A stretch of 63,167 nucleotides of DNA, the filler included, from Asterionella formosa (taxonomy: Eukaryota), in NCBI GenBank assembly GCA_002256025.1. It is 17 parts of 17 records of this genome, joined end to end, with 100 filler letters (N's around TTAATTAATTAA, not from the genome) between each part and the next. Parts side by side here need not be neighbours in the genome. Positions count along the whole stretch, not along the records: positions 22,392 to 26,018 come from NKIB01014016.1; positions 26,119 to 29,737 come from NKIB01014018.1; positions 29,838 to 33,456 come from NKIB01014019.1; positions 33,557 to 37,174 come from NKIB01014020.1; 13 more parts are not named here. The stretch is one strand, 5' to 3'. The notes below the pieces were generated by a model. The model searched no databases, was not told the DNA's origin, and saw nothing but the letters and a program-made list of their open reading frames with translations. Shown piece after piece: positions 22,442 to 35,422 of this stretch. A program made the translations under genes and the position numbers. Each line of letters begins with the position of its first letter. Position 1 is the first letter of the stretch.

Positions 22442-25400
22442 ATGAGCGAGCCAATTGATCTTGGCCTGGACTCTGACGAGGATCACCCTCGTCGATTAAT
22501 CGCCCTGCCCGGAGACGAGAAGCACTTGCTTGCGTTCGGAGGCAATGATGGCACAATCTCACTCATTGACGTTGAGTCGTTGAAAGTGAGTACAGCACGT
22601 CAATTCGATGATGCAGTTCGAGATGTTGCATTTTCCCGAGATGGGGAAAGAGTCGCGGTTGGTCTCGATGACGGATCTACTCAGATCTTTCTCTTTACCG
22701 ATGTCAGTTGGACCGACAAGGAGTCCTTGCACCCCTTTGTTACCAACAAGGCCACAGACGATTTTCTCTCTCAGGATGTCTCAGAGACGACCTTTCAAGG
22801 ACCACGTTTTGACGCCCCTGTTCGATCGCTTCAATGGGATCCTCGATCCAACATGCTGGCGATTGCCTCCGAAGCTGGCATGTGCGTTATCGATGCGACA
22901 TCCAAAGACACCATTTCTTGTAAGGACCGTTTCTTGCAAGAGGCTGCTGACAAAGAGCACTCGAATGCTGGAGTTCGAGGCCTTTCTTACTACTCCCATG
23001 AATCTCAGACACTTCTTGCTTCTATTGGCCTAGACGGTCGTCTTTGTATTTGGGATGTTACCGGTGATGATCCAGCTTTGGACTATGAACTCCTGCACAG
23101 AGATGATCACAAGTGTATCCTCAAGGCTGACGTAGGCGAGTTAAACGGATCTGATGCGCTGGACCGATCGTGCCTTCCTGTCTTTGGTAAAACATTCCTT
23201 AGCTTACCAGGAAACACAGATGTACAGGTTCGCAGCGCTTCAAGGGTAGAGAAGCAATTTTTTTTGACAAGCCTAGACGCCAAGGGGCACATCGAGACAA
23301 TTGTGGCCTTAGCAGTCAGCAATGACAATAAGAACATTGTGACTAGCGGGAGAGACGGTCGTGTAAATTTATGGGAAATTCATGATAAGGTATGTTCACT
23401 GTGGAACCCTTTGGCATTCTGTTTTCCCATCCGAACCTATACACTCAACCTTGATTCTTCGTTTTTTTTGAACCACTAGGAGAATATTTTGTCGGGTTCA
23501 TTTGTCCGGATGCTAGGTCACTTTTACTCTGTCCCAACCCATATGGTTTGGAAGTCAACTGCACTCTGTATGGTCCATGCAAACGGCACATTTTCGAGGA
23601 TTACAAGTTTTGAAATCTTTCCTACAGAGAAGGTTAAAGCAAAATTGTTGCCAGCCAATGACGATGAAACTGCTGTCCACAACAGACTTGACAAGAATTC
23701 TGTAGCTGCAAGTGCTGATTCCGACGATGATATTGATTTCGAAGAAAATCTTTGTCCTTCCATGAAGAATAAGAAATTGCTAGTCATGGACGAGGCCGAT
23801 GAGGACGACGACAACTCGACGGCTGCCGAGCGACCTCAGCACTCAACCATGGACGATGCAGATGACATTGATGACGGTTACGGTGACGATTTAGATGATT
23901 TCTTAGAGAATGACATGCCTGTCCGACCCACAAGAAGCACTCTGATTTATCGCGTTGAGCCTCAGCCCGCGTTTGCCCCCTCGTCCACTCCCCTGGACCT
24001 CCCCCGTCGGATTCTGTGCTGGAATCATGTTGGAGCTTGCACCCTTCTCCGTGGTAACGATGGAAACATGAACAATATCATTAATATTGATTTTACAGAT
24101 TCTGCCTTCCGACGTCCAGTAAGTTTCACTGACAACATGCATTTTATTTTGGGATCGCTGGGTGAGGATGGCGGTATTTTTGCGACTGATTTGGCGGACG
24201 ACGATCGCAACAGTGACGATGTGGGGAAGTTGGTGGATGAGTTGAACATGTCGGAAAGAACCAAGGCTGCCGTTCGTCGCAGTCAGAGCAAGCGTATGAA
24301 GACAGACAACGAAAGCGGTAAGTGTAGCGGGTCCAGTATTTACTTTCACCGGTTTGAAACGTTTGGCTCGCTTCGAGACAAGGATTGGTATATGACGTTG
24401 CCTGACGGTGAGCGAGCTTTAGGCTGTGCTTCAGGGGAGGGGTGGGCTGCAGTTGCAACAAGTCGCCGGTTTTTGCGTTTATTTACTTCTGGTGGAAACC
24501 AGGGACAAATCTTGTGGTTGAGGGGTGAACCCGTCGCGTTGGTTGGACGGTCTCGATTCCTCGCTGTGTTTTATCATGAGGCCACGCCGTTGCATGATGG
24601 AACTCAGAAGTTGGGATTCATGCTCTATGATGCTAAGGCTGGATGCGTGATTACATCTGGTTCCCTCGCTTGCATTAGCTCCCGTTCTTCGTTGTCGTGG
24701 GCGGGTTTCAGTAATGACTTCTCCCTCTTGGTGATGGATTCGGATGGTATGGTTTCGATACTTGTTGGCATGGAGTCTCCGAATGTTAATCAGGGTATGC
24801 CGGTAATTTTATCTTCTTACACTTGGGAATGGTCACCACTACTAGACACTATTGGCTTGCGCAAATCTGTGGATGACTCCTTCTGGCCAGTAACATCACA
24901 AGATGGTAAACTTGTGTGTGTTCCACTAAAAGGTGGCATCGACCATCCAGATGCCAGTCGCCGTCCCGTCACGACCACTTTGAGCTTCCGCATGCCTTTG
25001 GCTCGTGGTCTCTTGGAGAATAGTAGTGTCCTCGAGGAGGCATCTGTGAGAGCCAATCTGGCTTTGACTCAGAAGAAGTTCTTGACCGATGTGACTGCTT
25101 CAGATGGACTTGATACCCATGATATGAAAGCTGAGTACGATCACTTTTGTGCCAATGTTGACAAGGTAACACTCAAGCTTTTTCATGCCACTGTCTCTGC
25201 CGGGAAACTGGAACGTGCTCTCGACCTCTGTGAGAGACTACATTTGGAGAAGAGCTTCGAGATCGCTAGCCGTGTTGCTGATATGGCCAATTACCGCAAC
25301 CTTGCGGATCGCATTGATGAGGCAAAGGAAAGAAAATACCCCATTGATATGAAGCCATTCGACGATGTTGATCTCCATGGCGAAGTTGGCCACAAAGACA

Positions 25401-25699
25401 GTGACTTTGATGAGGAATCTGGTTCACAACGAATCAGTCCCGAAAATGACCGCTTACGCAACAGATCCTTTGATGACATTCCAGACAATGAAAAGGTACC
25501 CGATGAAAATACGATGTTTCATAACAACAAGAGGAGACGAAAATCAAATCCCTTTGCCAAAAAGCGTCTCGAGAGCCCAGGGAAGAAGAACAAGTTTTTA
25601 TCGCCCCACCCAAGTCCATCCAAGACTTTAGCCCTGTCTAGGTTGTCTAGTTTCAGTGCGCAATCCAGGGAGATTCGGTCTCCCAAAAACATATTGTAG
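22442..25699 (+). CDS. CTF4: Ctf4/And-1/Mcl1 replisome hub protein (WD40 + SepB domain), ~1055 aa; exons 22442-23389 and 23480-25699
   Basis: N-terminal WD40 repeats, acidic linker, QPAFAPSSTP..RRILCWNHVG, WAAVATSRRFLRLFTSGGNQ, LSWAGFS, FWPV and a helical C-terminal region. A 90-nt phase-0 GT-AG intron (23390-23479) fuses the two ORFs. Confidence 0.92.
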
Positions 25700-26269
25700 T
25701 TTAATCTTTAATCCTACAGCTCTACAGGTAAGCCACTTCAATGAGGCGAGTGTAAACGTTTGAAGCATGGGAGACATTTTAACTTCCCTTGCGTGATCTG
25801 GGATCACACATGCATTTGACAAAGTAGGCAAGTGGATTAACAAGTAAATACACTTGGGCCACCTGTAGGGGCACCAAACTAAAATTATACCGAAATCAGA
25901 CAACGATTACGTTCGGGAAAGAAAACCAAAAATTATATTCACGGTGCAGTATTAGCCAAGACATGAAGAATGCAAAAGTACCAGTATACTGTTTACAATT
26001 CAGTAATGATTGCCAACANNNNNNNNNNNNNNNNNNNNNNNNNNNNNNNNNNNNNNNNNNNNTTAATTAATTAANNNNNNNNNNNNNNNNNNNNNNNNNN
26101 NNNNNNNNNNNNNNNNNNCTTTCTATAGAACGTGATTCTCAAACCAATACGACAAGCAATGGATGGTCATTCTTGCAGCTGGATGCTGTAACGACTCACA
26201 AGATTGCCTGGCTACTCATACTTGCAGGAGTCCCTGTTGCTACTATCGGTAGATCAATTCATAGCAAAT

Positions 26270-27200
26270 GAGCCGGCTGCTCATTCTCATTTCTCAGATT
26301 GATTGTCTGCTGTAGAAACAAGAGGGCAACAGCATTTGCAGAGTGAGTTGAAGAGATAGCAAAAGTTGCGAAGCCATGATTTCGGTTCTGTGTGCTCCTT
26401 ACCATGTTCCCCAATGTCCAACCCAGCCCTCATCAAATTGATTGTCTGCAATCAGGAAAAAACGGTCGCAGAGTGAGTTCATGGACGAACAATTGTTACA
26501 AAGGCATCGTTCTTGTTGTGCTTACCATGCCGCCTGATTCCCAACAAATCCCTTGCTCAACAGATTGATTGTCTGTAGACAAAGAACAGCGTTTGCAGAG
26601 TAAGTTCGTGATCAACAATTAGTAACAAGCACAAAATCAAGCCCTTCTTCAAATTCATTACAAATATGCAATGCCTGCGCTAACAATTCCGAACAAAGAC
26701 GAAGGAGAATAGGAGAGGAGATCTGCCCACAACAAGCAACAGCAAACAATATCAGCAGAAGGCAAGAAGACATTGCACTTGCTTACCATGTATACATTTG
26801 TCCCCTATGCACCAGAGGAATCCTTTCAACAATGCGAATAACAATAATTGATAGCCTGACTGACACAGGATAGCCATCCTGACACAGGCAGAGCACGACG
26901 CATTTCATTATTCCCAAGGTTCAACCCTGCCCTGCCAAAAACAGATTGATTGTCTGTAGAAAAAGAAAAAGGTTCGCAGAGTATGTTCATGACTGACCAC
27001 TTTTCCAATTCCAAACGGCACAAGTAAGAGGAAGAACGAAATGGAGGTAAAGGAACTACAACAGCAATCAAACATAGTTCCAAACACAAGACGAAGAAAA
27101 CGAGCGACGGTGCAGAGCAACAACAAAAAGAACAACAGCAATGTGACAAAAGACCTGTTTCCATTTCCCAAAATATTAACTGCTTACCATAATTTCTCGA
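26270..27200 (-). repeat. Four diverged repeat modules carrying splice-site-like motifs
   Basis: Plus-strand ATTGATTGTCTG..GCAGAGTRWGTT at ~26298, 26437, 26564, 26945 and CTTACCAT at 26398, 26521, 26782, 27183. Confidence 0.6.
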
Positions 27201-27752
27201 ACTTTCAGATAAATCCTTTCTGTGATGACAAGCAAGGAGAAACAAAAATGCCTGCCTGTTTCTTCCAGAGGAACCGGCCCACAACAGAGTCCTTCTTGTT
27301 ATCTGGAAGCGAAGAACAAGATTCACAGAGTCAGATGAAGGCTGGTTTTTAACAAACAAGACCTTTTTACATTCCATATCAAACAAAGCATGTTCAAGTT
27401 CAAACGCAGGGCGAGGAACACCAAGGAAGAGAAGGTTATACAGCCACAGTAACCACAACGAAAGAACAATAGAATAAGAACAAGAAAAATGACAGCAAAA
27501 ACAGCAGGGACAGCGGTAACGACAACGAGAACACAACCATGATAGCAGAAAAGACGACAAAAACGACAACAATAACAATAACAATGACAATAATTTCATT
27601 TTACCATGAATGTGATATTTTGTTCCTTTCATTCCAGCAGCTGCTTTTCGTTAAGAAAACTGGCGCGGATGGTCCTCCTCGCCACCACTCATTTTGTACT
27701 AAATTTTTGTACATTGTACTTCAGAAAAAGCTGGCGCAGTCTATGCTTAGTC

Positions 27753-29737
27753 AGTATTGATCAAATTCGTCATCAGGATGCGTAAAATTTTCGGTGCTTG
27801 CTGTGGACTGATGACCAGTGCTGTAGCAACATAAATTCCAGTTCATTTCTTCCTCAACCAATTTGATGCCGATTTCTATCTAATATATTATTTGATGTAC
27901 CCGAAATCAAAGGCTTCTTGTAAAATGTCGATATGCTCAGAACGAACGTATATCATTGTCCAAAGGAGGCATCAGGATGTGCAAATTTTAGGACCACTGC
28001 TTTAACAACCAAACTTCCAATTCATCTTTCTCTACCAATTCATTGTCAATTTCTATCTAGCATAGTATTCGATTTATACGAGATATCAATGCCAATATTT
28101 CGAATGTCGATATGCTCGCTCAGAACGAACATACATTGATCAAATTGCTCATCAGGATGGTGTGTAAATTTTCGGTACTTGTAGCTTGATCATTAGTGCA
28201 GTAGCAACAGAAATTCCAAACAACCCTTCTCAACCAATTGAAGACCGATTTCTATCTAGCATAGTACTTGATGTATACAAAATCAATGCAGTCGTGTCGA
28301 ATGTTCATATGCTCAGAACGAACGTATATTGATCAAAGGAGGCCTCCGGATGTGTAAATTTTCGGATACTTGTGGACTGATCATCAGTGCTGTGGTTGCA
28401 AAAATTCCAAACCATCTTTCTCCACCAATTTAATTCTAATTTTTATCAATCATAGTATTCGATGATCACGACATCAATGGCGTCATAATGAATGTCGATA
28501 AACTAAGAACGAACATATTTTGATCAAATTGTTCATCAGGATGTGAAATAAAATTTTCGGTGCTTGTGGACTGATTATAATTCCAGTGGCAACAAAAATT
28601 CTTAACCATCTTGCTCCACCATTTTACGGCTGATTTATATCTAGAAAAATATTGGATGTACACGAGATCAATGCCGACATATATTGATCAAATTGGTCAT
28701 CAGAATGTGTACGATTTCGGTTCTTGTGGACTGCTGCATGACCAGTATTCCAAACCAGCCATCTTTCTCTACCAATTTAAGACCGATTTCTATCAAGCAA
28801 AGTATTCGATGTACATGAGATCAAAGTTGCAATGGACAATGTCGATATTCTCAGAGTGAACATATATTGATCAATGGAGGCACCAGGATGAGTAAAATTT
28901 TCGGATGCTTGTGGACTGATCATCAGTGCTGTGGCAAAAAAAATTCCAAATCTCCTTTCTCCACCAATTTAAGGCCGATTTCTATCCAACACAGTATTCG
29001 ATGTACACGAGAGCAATACCGTGATGGCGAATGACGATATTCTCAGAGTGAACATATATTGATCAAATTGATCATCGGGAAGGTTTGTAAAATCTCGGTG
29101 CTTGCTGTGGACTGAACATCAGTGCTGTGGTTGCAAAAATTCCAGACCATCTTTCTCCACCAATATAAGGCCGATTTCTATCCAGCACAGTATTCGATGT
29201 CCACGAGATAAGTGCAGTCATTTTGAATATCGATATTCTCAGAACGACTATATATTGATCAAATTGGTCATCGGGAAGGTTTGTAAAATCTCGGTGCTTG
29301 CTGTGGACTGAACATCAGCCAGTGCTGTGGTTGCAAAAATTCCAAACCATCTTTCTCCACCAATTTAAGACCGATTTCTATCCAGCATAGTATTCGATGT
29401 ACACGAGATAAGTGCCGTCATTTTGAATATCGATATTCTCAGAACGAACATATATTGATCAAATTGGTCATCAAGATGTGTAAAATTACGGTTCTTGTGG
29501 ACTGCTGCATGACCAGTATTCCAAACCATCTTTCTCCACCATTTTAAGACCGATTTCTATCAAGCAAAGTATTCGATGTACACTAGATCAAAGTCGTCAT
29601 ATTCGTCATGAACAATGTCGATATTCTCAGAACGACTATATATTGATCAATGGAGGCATCAGGATGAGTAAAATTTTCGGATGCTTGTGGACTGATCATC
29701 AGTGCTATGGTTGCAAAAATTCCAAACCATCTTTCGC
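27753..29737. repeat. Satellite array of ~11 diverged monomers of ~165-200 bp, running off the contig end
   Basis: Anchor TATATTGATCAA-like at ~27753, 27951, 28132, 28325, 28516, 28680, 28863, 29055, 29251, 29451, 29639. Conserved blocks GTGGACTG, TTCCAAACCATCTTTCTC, CCGATTTCTATC, AGTATTCGATGT, CTCAGAACGA. Confidence 0.93.
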
Positions 29738-29837
29738 NNNNNNNNNNNNNNNNNNNNNNNNNNNNNNNNNNNNNNNNNNNNTTAATTAATTAANNNNNNN
29801 NNNNNNNNNNNNNNNNNNNNNNNNNNNNNNNNNNNNN

Positions 29838-30087
29838 ATAATTAACACTCGTACGTAAACGAAATTTCGAAAAGTCAAATGAATTATTTGAAACATCAAC
29901 TAATTCAGTCTCGCGTTCAAAATTCATTGTGAAAACTTCACATGAAACAGTTAAAACTTCACATGAAACAGTTAAAAGTAATCTTTTTTACGTGAAGAGT
30001 GGCATTAATGCATGTGAAGTACCACATAATTAACACTCATACGTAGACGAAATTTCGAAAAGTGGCGTATTTCGCGTCTTAGATGTA
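29838..30087. mobile_element. End of a non-autonomous DNA element with 21-bp subterminal repeats
   Basis: 29879-30087 is nearly identical to 33711-33920. Identity stops sharply after CTTAGATGTA. AAACTTCACATGAAACAGTTA occurs twice. Confidence 0.7.
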
Positions 30088-30329
30088 TTAGAAACCGGAA
30101 GTCACATTTCATCTAATTACGGTTTTCATTAGCTATACTAGTATTGATTGAGAGGAAGCAATGGTAGAATGGCTGCCAAACGGGCGGGGGCAAACACAGA
30201 GAATCCTACTAATTTTTCTTCCCAATGATCCCAGTCCCTTCTTGAATGTCACTTGCTACAGAAAATGTAGAACAGCCGCCATGATCTGTTGATTGTTGCT
30301 TTATGGTGCCACTGACCGAGACCTCCAGA

Positions 30330-30800
30330 AATCTCAATGAGTTGCTTGTTTCTTGACTTGAATACAAAAGGGATCGAAACCAGTGGAAAAATCAAAACAA
30401 GGGAACTAAAAATGCTCTGCAAACATCATCAGGACAATTGTGAAAGAGAAATGAAGGTTCTTGGGAGGAGAAGTAAAGGGATAATTGCTTCTGCTGCTCT
30501 TGCGGGAACAAGAATAGATTGACCCAAACAATGTTGACAAATAGGTAGTACCTATGGGAAAAGGAAGCAATGATGCTTTCAGCATCATCAATCTATACAC
30601 AAGCCTGCGCCACCTGATGTCGTCAATATAGCTACTTCGACTTCATCAATGAAGAAGTCAATGGGTGGAGCATGTGAGGAAAATCGGGGTTGATGTTTTC
30701 TTGACGCCAACGTGGGCCTGCTTGGCTGAACTCCTTGCAGATGAAGGCATTGAGTAACCTGGGCCTGTGAAGCCAAAGGATAAAGAAAAATCTATGACAA
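30330..30800 (+). pseudogene. Heavily decayed IS630/Tc1-like DDE transposase fragment
   Basis: Across frameshifts: SLRHLMS..DFINEE..GVDVFLTP..AELLADEGIE*..WAC.AKG, resembling the TPKxHxELAGEGIEYSW motif of this group. Confidence 0.5.
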
Positions 30801-32072
30801 GGGTGGTGAGATAGTGTTTAGGAGGGGGGGAGCAAAAGATATCATAGCTGAACGCATTCGAAACTTGTATAGACAATAAATGGTGACATGCCATGGCTCC
30901 TCTTGGCTGACAGCTGCCAAGTCCAGTACAAACACAACGAGCGAGGGTGCACAAAAGACAGTCCAATTTTAATCGACTGCTGGCTGATGCTTAGTTGTGA
31001 GACTCACCATTCTGCAATGGAATGGACTTTGATCATTGCTTCGTTCAAAGCACAATCAATTCGAATGCTGTCCAGTGAAATAGCCAATGAAAACAATTGT
31101 GGCGAAAAAGCGCAGAACAGATCAAGAGATTTCATAGGAATTACAATAACAGGGCATATATGATGCACTGCTCCTTGTGTATATTTGATAATTTCCATAT
31201 TCCATATACAGGTGCATGGAGGATGATTCCTCCCTTTCATTATATATGCAGCCATGTGGCGATTATTTTTACAGGACCTATAGGATTGGTAGTCTGGTGG
31301 TCATCATTTCTCCATTGTAAATGTATGCATGAATGCTGCGATAATTCTTGCAAGACATAAAAATTTGGTAGCTTGGAGGTAATCACTTACGTACTGTATA
31401 CAGGAAGGGTGGGGGGGTTGCATGCATGAGCAACAACTCCGGTATAAACTATGATCTTCAATCAATAAATTTTGATTCATTCATCCTATACCTTTGATCA
31501 TAACATATTGATCATACGATAAATGGTGTCATTGATGAGAACATGAAAGATCAAAATTTATTTTCAAGAATCAGGATTATTTGATCTTAGAAATATGATC
31601 CAATGATCCTAAAAACATGAGCATATTCAGTTTTCCGCTGCACTATTGTGGTAATTCTAAGATAGAAGTAATACCCTGCAAGTATGCAGTACTACTGGTA
31701 GGCCATATGAATTTTTCGAATGTATATGGTCAATATGTCTATATTCATAAATGTATGATTTAGACAATTTGAAAAATTGGTGATGACTTCCTCTTATTAA
31801 GGGGCTTAATTAAACCAGCCACTGACTTGTAGGTATAAGAATTGACACAAAATAAATTGAAAAACTTCATCAGGTTGTGGAAAACTATGAACTCATCATG
31901 CATTGTATATATTTGATTTATGTATAATCAAAATTGATGATAGTAGTAGTATACACATGATGTGCCTTATAATGAGCGTGTTTGAACTATGCAAACAATA
32001 TTCAGCTATATATACATTTAAACTTACAAATCTTTATATATATGTATACATGGCTGAAACATTTGAAATCGT

Positions 32073-32350
32073 GTTTTCATGTTCCTTGTCCTCATGCATA
32101 CACTTTGCTCCTGAAATGAAGGATCATCACACAGCATGATGATGCAGAAAACGAAAGTGATAATACAACACAATGATACTTGCGGCTTAGAAGAAGGAGT
32201 GACTCAATTGATGGTAAGTCAAGAACAAATGCCTTTCATGTTCCTTGTCATGCATACACTTCCTGAAATGAAGGATCTCAAGCAACACATGATGCGAAAA
32301 ACTGAAGTGACAAAACAACACGATGATACACCATGCAGCTAAGAAGGAGT
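32073..32350. repeat. Two-copy diverged tandem duplication (~160-bp period)
   Basis: TTTCATGTTCCTTGTC..ATGCATACACTT..CCTGAAATGAAGGATC..AGAAGGAGT at ~32075 and ~32234. Confidence 0.75.
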
Positions 32351-33029
32351 AAATATGATGGATAAGGGCGGAATCAGCAAGCTGTGCTCCTTTTCGATTT
32401 GGTGGCTGGCCAACCATCAATGTGGACAAAAGAAATCGGTAAGTGCTATCATCTTTGGATCAATCCACAACTGTTAGAAAAACTGACACATGTGTGTTGC
32501 TCCTTTCAGGATAATGGTAAACAAACATTATTTGTAAGTTACAACCAGCAGCGTTTGAGCCTATTTATTGATCCTTGATACTTGCTTATTCAATGTTCAA
32601 CTGAAACGCACATTGTTTTACAGAATTATGCATCAGTTTCTTCCTCAGTTTGTGGTAAGCAAAGATAGAAGCGAAATGCATGCTGTTGTGTAAGCAAAAC
32701 ATGAACAGCTAACAATGAGTTGCTTCTCTTTGTTAGTATGATTGGGATAACGAAATGGATTAAATGAAAATGGGAAAATGCGTGAATGCAAACTCAGATC
32801 CATCAGGAATAAATGGAAAGCAGGGGAACAACGGCAAGAAGGCAACCAGTACTACTACAACAACCTTCAGAATTGGATTGGGGGGAAGGTGGAAGTGAAA
32901 GCGGCACCAATCATTGCGATGAGAGCATTGTAGAACATTCTGTAGCCAGCCACTCAAGGTATAGAAAGCAACATAAAACCATTCTTAAATATAGTTCTAA
33001 ATTTCGATCCATTTCATCCTATTTTAGTA

Positions 33030-33310
33030 GACAGTGATATCGATGAGAATTACGATCATGCTAAGATAGATAAATGTATGACAAAGTATACACATCATAG
33101 GACCATGTTTAACTAAGTATAAGATGCAATGGTATTATTACTATGATAGTATCATCATACTTCAAGCTCGGTAAAAGTTTACAGTATGATCATAATTTTA
33201 TGATACATTGATCATATTTTGATCCAAAAACTATCATATAGGTAAAAATCCTGTGCCAATTATCGTACGATACCCTTGATCCTATATTCATGATAGTTTT
33301 TATTTGCAGA
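33030..33310. repeat. GATC/ATGAT-rich repeat with a terminus shared with 61689-61709
   Basis: 33290-33310 is the exact reverse complement of 61689-61709 (21 nt). Similar texture at 31440-31640. Confidence 0.55.
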
Positions 33311-33556
33311 TGATGCAGATGTGTAGCAACGATCGTGGAGTGGTGATATGCTTTTTTCTGATGGATTGTTAGGAGCGGAGCTCAATTTTTGGAATTGCCA
33401 CTGCATTGGAATTGCCTAGCAAATTGCCTACAGATCCACCAGATCATTAAATTTCCNNNNNNNNNNNNNNNNNNNNNNNNNNNNNNNNNNNNNNNNNNNN
33501 TTAATTAATTAANNNNNNNNNNNNNNNNNNNNNNNNNNNNNNNNNNNNNNNNNNNN

Positions 33557-33920
33557 CAAAACAGTAAATATTATTTACGTGAAGTGCACAACCATAAACT
33601 GTACCTGGTAGCATGAATTAAGACACCACAAATATCCTTACTATTTCACAAAGGAAGATGCATGTCGTAAATGAATTAGCCACGAGAGCAGGGTCTTAGT
33701 TGAACTTTGAAATGAATTATTTGAAACATCAACTAATTCAGTCTCGAGTTCAAATTTTTTTGTGAAATCTTCACATGAAACCGTTAAAACTTCACATGAA
33801 ACCGTTAAAAGTAACCTTTTCTCCGGGAAGAGTGGCATTAATTCATGTGAAGTACCACATAATTAACACTCCTACGTAGAACAAATTTCGAAAAGTGGCG
33901 TATTTCGTGGCTTAGATGTA
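33557..33920. mobile_element. Second copy of the CTTAGATGTA-ending element
   Basis: High identity to 29879-30087 with the same endpoint. Confidence 0.7.
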
Positions 33921-34869
33921 ACACTATAAACACTGAAAAGAAAACTAGGCTACTTGTTCTAGATATAAATGCCATATTGTTGTTGCGCCACTCCCGAAAC
34001 TCAAACTTTGCTTGTCATTGATACTTTAATTTGATGATGCTTTCCTAGCTGTGCGGCAGTACCAGGTACCGCTGTAAGCTATGTACCTATGACCACTTTA
34101 TCTGTGTGTTGAATTTCAACTTTATGACCTTGAACTTCACTAGTTGATTTGAGGAAGAAATATTGATTGGTCGAGCCATTGAATTTTGTATGACTGAAAC
34201 TAAGAACGAGACACTGCTATAGGGTTCGGGTTACATTGAACCTGTACGTGGTCCTATGCTTACTTGTTGTTACATTTTCGTACCGATTGTACTTGATTCC
34301 AAATGTAGGATGTAGAAGCACATTTTACTCCACAATTGGAACCAGGGAAGGTCCAGTAAAACACGTTTGTCATTGGAAAAAAGGCTAAGCTAAATATCTT
34401 GATTTCCAGACCTTACAGGTAATTTCGGTGCGTACCTACTCCACTGACAATGTTGGATCCGAAGACAAAATTATGATCAACGAGTCATGGTCCCGCTAAC
34501 AAGCACAAGAGGTACCGGTAACAGGCACTCTAGTGTCAGAGTGTGTCTGTTAGGCTGTTGATGTTGACAGGTGTCCAAAGACTAGGTAGTCTGAGGATTG
34601 TTGTATGGGAGCTGGTGGTATGTGGGTCAACCCTGTCGTGCCCGATTATGCATGCTCAAGCTACTTAAGCAATATCAGGGGATAGGGATAAGTTTATGAC
34701 AAGAATCATCCACAAAATAAATTGCATGCGATATTTTAGTATACAGTTGTGCATATTACGTCATTTGATGGTAGCTCTCAAGAGCCCAAACATTATTAAG
34801 TGTGTGAGTATAGTGAACGTGCAGTGAGCGAAGCATGTTCAAACTGCACAAGTGAAATGCATAATAGTT

Positions 34870-35422
34870 TCATGTGTTCTCTTTGTCCACCTTGATGGTT
34901 GCAAAGATTTTGCGAATGAACCACAAGGAAGTCATGGCACCAACAGTACCTGTCACCAAAAACATGGCAAAGCAGAATAAGAACATGTATCCAAAGTAGA
35001 GAAGGTAAGTCATAACCATCTTTGATGCCTCGAGAGTGCAGAACCAGATGATGCTGTAGACAAATGTGTAAAGGGCAGTACTTCCTGAGGTAAAGAAGGA
35101 GTACTGGTCCATCCACAAAGAGGTCATGATGAAGAAGAATTCGACATAGGCAGCAGCAAATGGAACTATTCCAGTGAGGGTCATTCCAACCATTGCGTTA
35201 AGCAGAGCCGATAGGCAAATATACACCAAGGTTGCCAAGAAGATCTGAACCCCAGTTCCGATAAAGACGCAGAAAAAATCGGGTTATTCTGTGGAGGTCT
35301 GAATACGTCGGCGTGAACCAATTTCCAACCAGTCTTATCCACATCTTCATCCTTTTCTTCGTCCGCCAACGCAGCAATAGCGTTGTAACCAGCAATATCC
35401 CGCTTCAAGTTACGGACAAGTA
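34870..35422 (-). pseudogene. TM9SF/EMP70 (nonaspanin) pseudogene fragment
   Basis: RNLKRDIAGYN, TGWKLVHADVFRPP, GIVPFAAAYVEFFFI, SFFTSGSTA, YFGYM, TGTVG..IKVD. One frameshift, two apparent internal deletions, no lumenal N-terminal domain. Confidence 0.9.

Noticed and set aside
26826..27632. 268-aa minus-strand ORF as a real protein
   Set aside because: Leu/Cys/Phe-rich translation of the complement of A/C-rich low-complexity sequence, with no recognisable domain.
27753..29737. CRISPR array
   Set aside because: The conserved part is ~170 bp and diverged, the variable part is short and partly alignable, there are no cas genes and the context is eukaryotic.
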